Origin: Myxococcales bacterium | GTDB lineage: Bacteria > Myxococcota_A > Polyangia > Polyangiales > Polyangiaceae | Assembly: GCA_043747615.1 (NCBI GenBank) | Contig: JAYTOU010000076.1 | Location: 16,737 to 80,736, forward strand | Direction of reading: 5' to 3' | DNA length: 64,000 nucleotides | In this document: positions 45,503-53,742 of the stretch, in pieces | How positions within the stretch are numbered: the first letter of the stretch is position 1 | Layout: each line of letters begins with the position of its first letter | Program-made: the position numbers and the translations under genes | Notes under the pieces: generated by a model | What the model was told of the DNA's origin: nothing | Databases searched by the model: none | What the model saw: the letters and a program-made list of their open reading frames with translations, nothing else

Positions 45503-46702
45503 TCACGCGCCAAGTTTATTCAGGACGATGTCGAGGAGATGATCCGCGAGGGCACGCTTGGACATTTTCGCGAGCGCTTCGGTGCTCTCGGCCGACACGA
45601 TCATCGCCCGATTGTCGTCTCCGCCGAAGCCGTCGCTCGCTGCGTTGGCCACCACGAGATCGATCTTTTTCTTTTCGAGCTTTCCGCGGGCGTACGCGGC
45701 AATCTCTTCGTCGCTCCCGGTCTCCACGGCGAAGCCCACGAGGAGCGGCTTCGTTCCGGACCGGGCCGCTCCGAGCTCGGCGAGAAGATCCGGATTTCGC
45801 ACGAGCGTGATCGAGGCTGTTTCTCCGTCTTTTTTTAGCTTTCCCGGGCTGACTTCGGCCGGCCTGTAGTCGGCGACCGCTGCCGACATGATCACGGCGT
45901 CGGCATCCTTCGCGGCCGCGGCGAGCGCCTCTCGCATCTCCATCGCGGCGCGAACGTCGACGCGCTTCACACCCGACGGCGTGCTCAGGCTCACCGGCCC
46001 GGCGATGAGCGTCACCTCGGCGCCGCGTGCCGCCGCTCGCTCGGCGATCGCGAAGCCCATCTTTCCCGTTGACCGATTTCCGAGGAAGCGAACCGGATCC
46101 AGATCCTCGAGCGTCGGCCCCGCCGTGACCACGATCTTCTTCTTGTGAAGGTTGCTGGGAGCGAGCGCACGCACGATCGCCTGGAAGACTTCGGTGGGGT
46201 CGCTCATACGACCGAGACCGGTATCGCCCGATGCCACCTCCCCAAAGACGGGCCCGACGATGGTCACCCTTCCCTGCCGCGCGAGCGCCGACACATTTTT
46301 TTCCGTCGCCGGATGGGCCCACATTCGCGGATGCATGGCCGGCACCGCGAGGACCGGACCGCGCGCACACAAGGCGAGCGCCGACACGAGATCGTCGCAG
46401 CGACCCGCTGCGAGGCGCGCGAGCAGATCCGCGGTTGCCGGCACGATGACGAGGAGGTCTGCCTCTGCGCTGAGCGTTACGTGAAGCTCCCCGGAGAATT
46501 TCGGATCCCACACGTCATCGCGGACGCTCTCGCCGCAGATCCCGGACAGGGTGATGGGCCCAACGAAGTGCTTTGCAGAAGCGGTCATCACCGGGATGAC
46601 CCGTGCGCCTGCCTTGAGGCACAAGCGGGCGACCTCGACGCTCTTGTAAGCGGCGATGCTGCCGGTCACGGCGAGGACCACGGTTTTTCCGGCGAGGGAC
46701 AT
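45503..46702 (-). CDS. coaBC: Bifunctional phosphopantothenoylcysteine decarboxylase/synthetase
   Basis: TGSIAAYK, PATAD, PAMH, G.GRM, TAGPT.EDLDPVRFLGNRSTGKMG, AAVADY, VGFAVET. Confidence 0.95.
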   Translation of the reverse strand: MSLAGKTVVLAVTGSIAAYKSVEVARLCLKAGARVIPVMTASAKHFVGPITLSGICGESVRDDVWDPKFSGELHVTLSAEADLLVIVPATADLLARLAAGRCDDLVSALALCARGPVLAVPAMHPRMWAHPATEKNVSALARQGRVTIVGPVFGEVASGDTGLGRMSDPTEVFQAIVRALAPSNLHKKKIVVTAGPTLEDLDPVRFLGNRSTGKMGFAIAERAAARGAEVTLIAGPVSLSTPSGVKRVDVRAAMEMREALAAAAKDADAVIMSAAVADYRPAEVSPGKLKKDGETASITLVRNPDLLAELGAARSGTKPLLVGFAVETGSDEEIAAYARGKLEKKKIDLVVANAASDGFGGDDNRAMIVSAESTEALAKMSKRALADHLLDIVLNKLGA

Positions 46703-46815
46703 GTGCCCAAGAGACTAGACGACCTTCGGCAGGCTGTGTCGCGCGATCACCATCACACGCGCCTCCTTGGGACCGTGCTCGACCGCGACCGCAAGCGCGA
46801 CTAGATTGCGCAAAC

Positions 46816-47922
46816 ATGGGTCTCTCGATCGGAATCGTCGGCCTCCCCAACGTGGGAAAGTCGACCCTCTTCAATGCATTGTCCTCGGCCAAGGCCGAAG
46901 CGGCCAACTACCCTTTTTGCACGATCGAGCCGAACGTCGGCATCGTCATCGTGCCCGATGAGCGCCTCGCCGCGCTCGACGCGGTGGTTCACGCCGACAA
47001 AATCGTCCCGACGGCGATCGAGTTCGTCGACATCGCCGGCCTCGTCCGCGGAGCGTCGAAGGGTGAAGGGCTGGGGAACCAGTTTTTGAGCCACATTCGC
47101 GAGGTCGACGCCATCGTCCAGGTTGCGCGCTGCTTCGAAGATCCAAACGTGATCCACGTGGAGAACCGCGTCGATCCCGTTGGCGACATCAGCACCGTGA
47201 CCACCGAGCTCTGTCTGAAGGACATGGAGACCGTTGGCAAACGCCTCGACAAGGCGCGCAAGATGGCGAAGGCCAACCTACCGATCGAGAAGCTCGCCAC
47301 GGAAATGTGCGAGCCGCTGATGAAACATCTGGACGAGGGGAAGCCCGCGCGGAGCTTCAAGCTGCCGGACCACGTCGACGCGCTCATCATCATGCGCGAC
47401 ATGCAGCTCCTCACGGCGAAGCCTTCGTTCTACGTAGCCAATGTGGACGAAGGATCCCTTGGTGCACTCGAGAAAAACCACCATTACATGGCCCTCAAGG
47501 CCCTGGCGGATTCTGAAGGCTCACCGATCGTTCCCGTCTGCGCGGCCATCGAGGCACAGATCGCGGAGCTCGAGCCGCAAGACCGCGCGGAGTTTCTGGA
47601 GAGCGTTGGCCTCAAGGAAGCCGGCCTCAATGGCGTCGTTCGTGCGGGCTACAAAATCCTGAAGCTGCTCACCTTCATTACCGCCGGCAAAGTGGAAATT
47701 CGGGCCTGGACCACGGTGATCGGCGCACGCGCTCCGCAGGCCGCGGGGGTAATTCACACCGACTTCGAGAAGGGCTTCATCAAGGCCGAAGTCATCTGGT
47801 GGGAAGATTTCGTACGCCTCGGTGGCGAAGCAAAATGCCGCGACGCCGGGAAGCTCGCGATCGAGGGCAAGGAGTACGTCATGCGCGACGGTGACGTGGT
47901 CCACTTCCGATTCAACGTGTGA
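46816..47922 (+). CDS. ychF: Redox-regulated ATPase YchF
   Basis: GIVGLPNVGKSTLFN, ANYPFCTIEPN, DIAGLV.GASKGEGLGNQFL, IHTDFEKGFIKAE, DGDVVHFRFNV. Confidence 0.97.
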   Translation: MGLSIGIVGLPNVGKSTLFNALSSAKAEAANYPFCTIEPNVGIVIVPDERLAALDAVVHADKIVPTAIEFVDIAGLVRGASKGEGLGNQFLSHIREVDAIVQVARCFEDPNVIHVENRVDPVGDISTVTTELCLKDMETVGKRLDKARKMAKANLPIEKLATEMCEPLMKHLDEGKPARSFKLPDHVDALIIMRDMQLLTAKPSFYVANVDEGSLGALEKNHHYMALKALADSEGSPIVPVCAAIEAQIAELEPQDRAEFLESVGLKEAGLNGVVRAGYKILKLLTFITAGKVEIRAWTTVIGARAPQAAGVIHTDFEKGFIKAEVIWWEDFVRLGGEAKCRDAGKLAIEGKEYVMRDGDVVHFRFNV

Positions 47923-47926
47923 CGCC

Positions 47927-48952
47927 GTGAAGCCGTCATTCTCGTTTCTGATGATGCTCACCCTCGCCCTCGCGGTGAGCGCTGTCGGCTGCCCCTGCGT
48001 GCGCAACGCCGTTAACAGCAACGAGACCATTCGCTGGTGGCTGTTCTCCAACTTCGCTGCATCGAAGATCTGTCCGGAGATGCTCAAGCGCGGCGTGCCT
48101 CTGAAGCTCGCGGTCCTCGGACCAAGCTCAATCGGCCGCTTTTTCCCGCAGCAATGCGCGGTACGGATCGACGACAGCACGCGCACGATGGTGATGGACG
48201 CTACCGGCACGGGGTACGTCGTGTTGCCGCTCACCCGCCGGGTCGGATTTTATTGTGGCGTGTCGGTCGAGTTTCGCCCCGACTTCCGACTCGAGGAAGA
48301 CGCTACGTACGTGTGGGGTCGCTACAACCGCGTCCTCGCCCCTCCGGATCTTCGCATCCTCGGCGTCGAGAATCCGGTGGTGAGCCTCGCCACGCGCACG
48401 CCCATCGGGGACGTGGCGACCTTGCTCGGCCAAGGCGTCGTCGAAAGCGAGCTCGCGCGCGGTTTCACGGCGGTGCGCCTCGAAGACGGGGATGACTTCA
48501 CGCTCGGCATTTTGACGCCGCCCGATCGTCCGAAGAGGCAGTTTGCGTCTGGCGCGGATCGTACCGTACTCGGCAGCGATGCCATCGAGCTTCACGCCGC
48601 CTCACGCGATTACCTCGGCCCATTCGAGGTTGCTCAGAATGGGGCCGCGCTCTATGTCAGGCTTCGTGTTGCGGGCGCTCCCGTCGATTACTTCATCGTC
48701 GATCGCGGGCTCGGCGACGCCTGGCGTCAGCCGTACCAGGCCGCCCTCCCGATCGGACCGCCCCCCGGTCAACCGATCGCCTACGGCCAGGCGCAGAGCG
48801 GAGACGTCAGCCGCGCTTTCGCCGTCGCCCCCGGCTCGTACTATCTCGTCGTCGAGAACCGATCGCCCGCGCCCGCCGCCATCCTCGGAATGCCGATGCC
48901 CTTCGAGCAAATGAGCCACGTCAGCTACGCGGTCGAGCTCGGCGATCGCTAG
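47927..48952 (+). CDS. Hypothetical lipoprotein with C-terminal beta-sandwich
   Basis: GTG start, hydrophobic signal ending AVGC, C-terminal APGSYYLVVEN. Confidence 0.6.
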   Translation: MKPSFSFLMMLTLALAVSAVGCPCVRNAVNSNETIRWWLFSNFAASKICPEMLKRGVPLKLAVLGPSSIGRFFPQQCAVRIDDSTRTMVMDATGTGYVVLPLTRRVGFYCGVSVEFRPDFRLEEDATYVWGRYNRVLAPPDLRILGVENPVVSLATRTPIGDVATLLGQGVVESELARGFTAVRLEDGDDFTLGILTPPDRPKRQFASGADRTVLGSDAIELHAASRDYLGPFEVAQNGAALYVRLRVAGAPVDYFIVDRGLGDAWRQPYQAALPIGPPPGQPIAYGQAQSGDVSRAFAVAPGSYYLVVENRSPAPAAILGMPMPFEQMSHVSYAVELGDR

Positions 48953-48967
48953 CGCACCCGCGGCGAG

Positions 48968-49348
48968 CTAGATCGCACAGGGTCCACCGAACGCGCCGAA
49001 AAAGCGGGCGATCCACACGACGAGGAGCAACGCGAGCAAAGCCTGGGCAACGCGGGTCACGTGCACGTTCGTTGCCAGGGGCGCAAGCTCACCGCTGCGG
49101 ACATAACGTGTAACCTGCACGCATGTGACCGCGGCCACGAAGGGGAGCACGATGAACCAGAGCGGATGCATCTGCGTCGCTGCGGCGAAGTCTCCGCTGA
49201 TCGCCAGGCGCGTTGCGCGCGTGAGGCCGCACGATGGGCAGGGCACGCCAAGGACGAGACGAAGCGGGCAGAGCGGCGGAAGGGAGGTCACAAAAACGAG
49301 GCTCCCCGCAAGCGCCACGAGCGCCGCGGGGAGAATAAGTCGGCTCAA
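48968..49348 (-). CDS. DUF2752 membrane protein
   Basis: CPLRLVLGVPCPSCGLTRA...GDFAAA..MHPL. Start uncertain (TTG 49348). Confidence 0.8.
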   Translation of the reverse strand: MSRLILPAALVALAGSLVFVTSLPPLCPLRLVLGVPCPSCGLTRATRLAISGDFAAATQMHPLWFIVLPFVAAVTCVQVTRYVRSGELAPLATNVHVTRVAQALLALLLVVWIARFFGAFGGPCAI

Positions 49349-49368
49349 CGCGCTGACACGCTGACCCG

Positions 49369-50769
49369 TCAGCCGGGTGCTTGCCACGCTTTGTTGAGCT
49401 CTTCCTGCATCAGGATCACGTTGTAGTACGGGATCAAATACATGAACCCGTGGTTCTGCGGATTCTGCACGCCGGCGCGCTGCTGGATTTCCTGGATCAG
49501 CGGACCGCACGCCACGACCTGCCAATAGAGCCCGTAGATGCCGCAGGTGACCACGGAGAGACCGATGATCTTTGCCCATGAAGGCTCGTCGCGCTGAAGG
49601 AACGCGGACATCTCGTTGCAGGTCTGGACGAACCAGATCATTTGGTAAATACCGCAGCTGAGGATGCCGTAAACGAGGACCATGATGCCCTGCTTGACGG
49701 TGCCCTTCGGGCCATGATGGCCGGGCATCGGAGGTGCGCCTTGGTGCATCATCGGGCCGCCCGGATATTGCTGCTGCATGGGCTGGTTCGGATTCTGGTA
49801 GCCGCCGGGCTGCTGCTGCTGGCCGTAATTGAGCGCCGAGCTGATGCCCTGGCTGATGGCGTCTCCCGCCTGGTTAAAGCCCTGATTGACCTGCGAGGCG
49901 AAATCTTGCGGAGCGCCGTAGCCACCTTGTTGCTGCTGCGGAGCGCCGTAGCCACCTTGTTGCTGCTGCTGCTGCTGCGGAGATCCGTAGCCACCCTGCT
50001 GCGGGGGAGGCGCACCGAAGCCACCTTGCTGCGGCGGAGGCCCACCGAAACCACCTTGTTGCGGCGGAGCTGCGCCGTAAGGATCTCCGCCACCCGGAGG
50101 CGGACCGCCGAAATCTTGGCGCGGAGGACCACCGAAAGCCCCACCCCCGCCAGGAGGAGGACCCCCAAACGCGGGCGGAGGATCGACGGGGGGAGGCGCG
50201 CCGTAATTTCCTGCCGGGGGAGGCGCTCCATAGTTGCCAGCGCCGGCCGCGAACGGCGATCCGGCATCGGCGACCATCGTTCCGCCTAGCGGATTTACGC
50301 CGGCCGCGCCTGGTCCGCCAAAGCTTTGATCGGGCGGAGGTGCGCCGAATGCAGCTCCCGGCGGCTGATAGGGCGGCGGAGCTTGGAAGGGCGGAGGAGC
50401 AACTCCGCCAAACGGGGGAGGCTGCGACGGAGGCTTCGGCGCAGAGCCACCCATCGGGGGAGCGACGCCGACCATCGTGCCTTTGAGCTTGCTCGGGGGC
50501 GCGACGAAGGAGCGGGGAGGAGCAGCGCCGGGATCGCCACCGAACGCGCCGGGCGGACCTGCAGGCGGCGGACCCGCAGCAGGACTTGGCCCAGCGGGAG
50601 GAGGCGGACCAACCGGCGGCGCGCCACCCGCGGCACCTCCCGGCGGCTGATTCATCATCAGCATCGTCCCTTTGAACTTCGGGGCAGCGGCCCCTTTGAT
50701 ATTGAACCCGCACTTCGTACACGTCGGTGCGGTGTCGGGGTTTTGGGTTCCACAATTCGGACAGAACAC
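49369..50769 (-). CDS. Zinc-ribbon + Pro/Gly/Gln-rich disordered region + DUF4234 membrane domain
   Basis: FCPNCG...CTKCG, long low-complexity region, ILSCGIYQMIW / VVTCGIYGLYW, MQEELNKAW. GTG 50769 with GGAGG upstream. Confidence 0.8.
   Translation of the reverse strand: MFCPNCGTQNPDTAPTCTKCGFNIKGAAAPKFKGTMLMMNQPPGGAAGGAPPVGPPPPAGPSPAAGPPPAGPPGAFGGDPGAAPPRSFVAPPSKLKGTMVGVAPPMGGSAPKPPSQPPPFGGVAPPPFQAPPPYQPPGAAFGAPPPDQSFGGPGAAGVNPLGGTMVADAGSPFAAGAGNYGAPPPAGNYGAPPPVDPPPAFGGPPPGGGGAFGGPPRQDFGGPPPGGGDPYGAAPPQQGGFGGPPPQQGGFGAPPPQQGGYGSPQQQQQQQGGYGAPQQQQGGYGAPQDFASQVNQGFNQAGDAISQGISSALNYGQQQQPGGYQNPNQPMQQQYPGGPMMHQGAPPMPGHHGPKGTVKQGIMVLVYGILSCGIYQMIWFVQTCNEMSAFLQRDEPSWAKIIGLSVVTCGIYGLYWQVVACGPLIQEIQQRAGVQNPQNHGFMYLIPYYNVILMQEELNKAWQAPG
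49907..50080 (-). repeat. Imperfect ~30-bp coding tandem repeat (QQGG[YF]G[AGS]P[PQ])
   Basis: About 5-6 copies, e.g. tgcggagcgccgtagccaccttgttgctgc, plus a (tgc)n poly-Gln run. Confidence 0.8.
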
Positions 50770-50872
50770 TCGAGCCACCTCCAAAGATGCGTCTTTAAGG
50801 CCTGAAAACCTTGCGGAGCATACAGGCGACGGATCGCAATTCTCAAGGGCTTTCGTGCGGACGAACCATCCC

Positions 50873-50902
50873 TTGACACTTCTTGGGGGTCGCCACTAGC
50901 GT
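50873..50902 (+). promoter_or_regulatory. Putative sigma70 promoter for the nuo operon
   Basis: TTGACA (50873-50878), 18-nt spacer, TAGCGT (50897-50902), about 70 nt upstream of nuoE. Confidence 0.55.
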
Positions 50903-50970
50903 TCGCGCGCCCCGTGCCTGTCTTTACCTGCTTTTTTCCCTTTTCCGCGTAGCCCAGGACCCAAAAAGCA

Positions 50971-51447
50971 ATGCCCTTCGCCCTCACCGCCGAACGCGAG
51001 CGCGACCTAGAGCAGATTCTCACACGATACCCGACGAAGATGGCGGCGCTCATCCCCGCACTCCACCTTTGCCAGGATCAGGAAGGTTACGTCACCGAGG
51101 AGGCGATGCTCTACCTCTCGCATCGCCTCGACGTGCCTCCTGCGCACGTCAAGGGTGTCGTCACTTTTTATACGCTCTTCAATCAGAAGCCCGTCGGCAA
51201 GCATCAGGTGTGGGTGTGCCGCACGCTCCCCTGCGCACTTCGCGGCGCGGACGACATACTCCGGCACTGCGAGAAAAAGCTTGGGATCCACGCCGGCGAA
51301 ACCACCTCCGACGGCAAGGTGACCCTACGCACGGCGGAGTGTCTCGCCAGCTGCGGCACGGCTCCGATGATGCAAGTCGACAAAGAGTACTTCGAAAATC
51401 TGACCCACGAAAAGGTGGACGAGATCCTCGCGCGGCTTCGCGCTTGA
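50971..51447 (+). CDS. nuoE: NADH-quinone oxidoreductase subunit E
   Basis: VVTFYTLF, CRTLPC and ECLASC 2Fe-2S ligands. Confidence 0.95.
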   Translation: MPFALTAERERDLEQILTRYPTKMAALIPALHLCQDQEGYVTEEAMLYLSHRLDVPPAHVKGVVTFYTLFNQKPVGKHQVWVCRTLPCALRGADDILRHCEKKLGIHAGETTSDGKVTLRTAECLASCGTAPMMQVDKEYFENLTHEKVDEILARLRA

Positions 51448-51484
51448 ACCACCCGAACTCAAGGACCGAGAGGCCAATCGCCCC

Positions 51485-52840
51485 ATGATCACCCGCTGCA
51501 ATCACCTCACCAAGGTCTACGCTGTCCCAAATGGCTGGACGCTCGAGGCCTATGAGCGTGAGGTGAACGGCTACGCGGCCGCGCGGAAAGCCTTGGGCAT
51601 GACCCGCGACGAAGTGGTGAACGAGGCCAAAGCGGCGAACGTTCGGGGCCGCGGCGGAGCCGGATTTCCCATGGGCGTGAAGTGGAGCTTCATGAAGCCA
51701 CACCCCACGAAGCCCGCCTACTTGGTGGTGAACGCTGACGAAGGCGAGCCGGGCACCCACAAGGATCGCACGCTGATGGAGCGGAATCCCCACGCGTGCA
51801 TCGAGGGCTGCATCATTGCCTGTTACGGAATTGGCGCTCACGTCGCGTACATCTATGTGCGCGACGAATTGCATCTTTCGAAGGCACGCTTGGAAGCGGC
51901 CATCAAAGAGGCGCGCGCTAAAGGCTATTTGGGCAATACCCCCTTTGGTAAGAATTATGCGGTCGAGGTGCATGTCCACACCGGCGCCGGCGCATATATC
52001 TGCGGCGAAGAAACCTCGATGCTCAACTCGCTCGAAGGCAAGCGCGGCGAGCCCCGTCTGAAGCCCCCCTTCCCTGCCCAGACAGGCGCGTTCGGCTGCC
52101 CGACCACCGTGAACAACCTCGAGACTATCGCCGTCGTCCCCACGATTTTCAACATGGGCGGCGAGGCATTCTCCAAGCAGTCTTCGATTCACCACTTGAA
52201 GGACGGCGGGTCCCGCCTCTTCGGCATCAACGGTCACGTCAAGAAACCGCAGATCATCGAGCTCGCCGTCGGCGTCACCCTCCGCGAGCTGATCTACGAC
52301 ATCGGCGGCGGCATCACCGGCGATCGTGGGCTCCTCGGGGTCATCCCCGGCGGCTCCTCTACCCCAGTTCTCAAGCCGGACGAGCTCGTCAACGCACCCG
52401 ACGAGAAGAGCCCGATGCACGCGTGGCACGGCAAGAGCGTCCTCGACGTACCGCTCGGGGTCGACACGATGCGCGGCGTCGGCACGATGCTGGGCACCGG
52501 CTGCGCGACCGTGATGGCGGAAGGAACCTGCCCGGTCCTGGCCATGCAAAACCTCATGCAGTTCTACAGACACGAGTCCTGCGGGCAGTGCACGCCGTGC
52601 CGCGAAGGCAGCGCCTGGCTGTTCAAGACAGTCGACAAGATCCTCGACGGGAGAGCATCGATGGCGGAGCTCGACGCTCTCAGCGACATCGCCAACAACA
52701 TCATGGGCAACACCATTTGCGCCTTCGGCGAAGGCACCGCGATGCCCGCGCTCGGCTTCTTGCAAAAGTACCGCAAGGACTTCGAAGCGTACGTCCGAGG
52801 CGAACGGAACCGCTCCCAAGCCACCCTGGTCGTGTCCTGA
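51485..52840 (+). CDS. nuoF: NADH-quinone oxidoreductase subunit F
   Basis: RGRGGAGF, NADEGEPG, GAGAYICGEET, HESCGQCTPCREG, TICAFG. Confidence 0.97.
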   Translation: MITRCNHLTKVYAVPNGWTLEAYEREVNGYAAARKALGMTRDEVVNEAKAANVRGRGGAGFPMGVKWSFMKPHPTKPAYLVVNADEGEPGTHKDRTLMERNPHACIEGCIIACYGIGAHVAYIYVRDELHLSKARLEAAIKEARAKGYLGNTPFGKNYAVEVHVHTGAGAYICGEETSMLNSLEGKRGEPRLKPPFPAQTGAFGCPTTVNNLETIAVVPTIFNMGGEAFSKQSSIHHLKDGGSRLFGINGHVKKPQIIELAVGVTLRELIYDIGGGITGDRGLLGVIPGGSSTPVLKPDELVNAPDEKSPMHAWHGKSVLDVPLGVDTMRGVGTMLGTGCATVMAEGTCPVLAMQNLMQFYRHESCGQCTPCREGSAWLFKTVDKILDGRASMAELDALSDIANNIMGNTICAFGEGTAMPALGFLQKYRKDFEAYVRGERNRSQATLVVS

Positions 52841-53430
52841 TGCTCATCGGCCAGGTCTACTTTTATATGCTCGCCATCTTGGCGATCGCCGGCGCGCTGG
52901 TCACGGTGCTCGCGAAGAATCCCATTCGCTGCGCGATGGGGCTTCTTGGGATGATCGTGTGCATCGCCGGGCTCTTCCTCGCGCTCCACGCCGAGTTCCT
53001 CGCGGTAACCCAGCTCATCGTCTACGCCGGGGCCATCGTCGTCCTCTTCATCTTCGTCATCATGCTCCTCGGGCCAAGCGCCACGATGGCCCGCGACCAC
53101 CGCGGGAGGCTCGGGCGTACGGTGGGCGGCGTGGTCTTCGGAGCCTCCGCGGCTGGCGCAGTGGCCCTCGTTGCCCAAACCATTCGCACCCCCACCATCC
53201 ACAACACCGACCACGACTTCGGCACCATCGACGCGTTCGGACGCTCGCTCTTCGCGGTGGGGTTCGTACCCTTCGAGCTCTCGAGCGCGCTCTTGATGGT
53301 CGCCGTCGTCGGAGCCGTCGCCGTCGCCCGCGGCAAGCAGCCCGATCCCCGCCTTCACGGCAAAGACACCAGGAGCCCGAGCGACCGCGAGCTTACGGAG
53401 ACGCCCGCAGTGGAGAAGAGGCCCACATGA
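52840..53430 (+). CDS. nuoJ: NADH-quinone oxidoreductase subunit J
   Basis: ATG overlaps the nuoF stop. AEFLAVTQLIVYAGAIVVLFIFVIMLL, PFELSSALL. Confidence 0.93.
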   Translation: MLIGQVYFYMLAILAIAGALVTVLAKNPIRCAMGLLGMIVCIAGLFLALHAEFLAVTQLIVYAGAIVVLFIFVIMLLGPSATMARDHRGRLGRTVGGVVFGASAAGAVALVAQTIRTPTIHNTDHDFGTIDAFGRSLFAVGFVPFELSSALLMVAVVGAVAVARGKQPDPRLHGKDTRSPSDRELTETPAVEKRPT

Positions 53431-53732
53431 TTCCTATTAACTATTATCTGCTGCTCGCGGCCATTCTATTTGGCATTGGCGGAGTTGGCTTTTTGATCCG
53501 ACGCAATGTCCTCGTCGCGTTGATGAGCCTCGAGGTCATGCTCAATGCGGTCAACCTGACGCTCGTTGCCTTCAACCGCGCGCAGCCCGCTCTCCACACC
53601 GGTCAGTTGTTCGCTTTTTTCATCATTGCCGCCGAAGCCGCTGAAGTGGCCGTGGGGCTTGCCATCGTTCTTGCGCTCTTCCGCATCAAGCGGACCGTGC
53701 GCTCGGACGAGGCCGATCTCCTGAAGAACTGA
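53427..53732 (+). CDS. nuoK: NADH-quinone oxidoreductase subunit K
   Basis: ATGA overlap with nuoJ. RRN...MSLEVMLNAVN, AEAAEVAVGLA. Confidence 0.95.
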   Translation: MIPINYYLLLAAILFGIGGVGFLIRRNVLVALMSLEVMLNAVNLTLVAFNRAQPALHTGQLFAFFIIAAEAAEVAVGLAIVLALFRIKRTVRSDEADLLKN

Positions 53733-53742
53733 GAGTATTTTG

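Noticed and set aside
49907..50080. 30-bp repeats as a possible CRISPR array
   Set aside because: No unique spacers; in-frame coding repeats; no cas genes.
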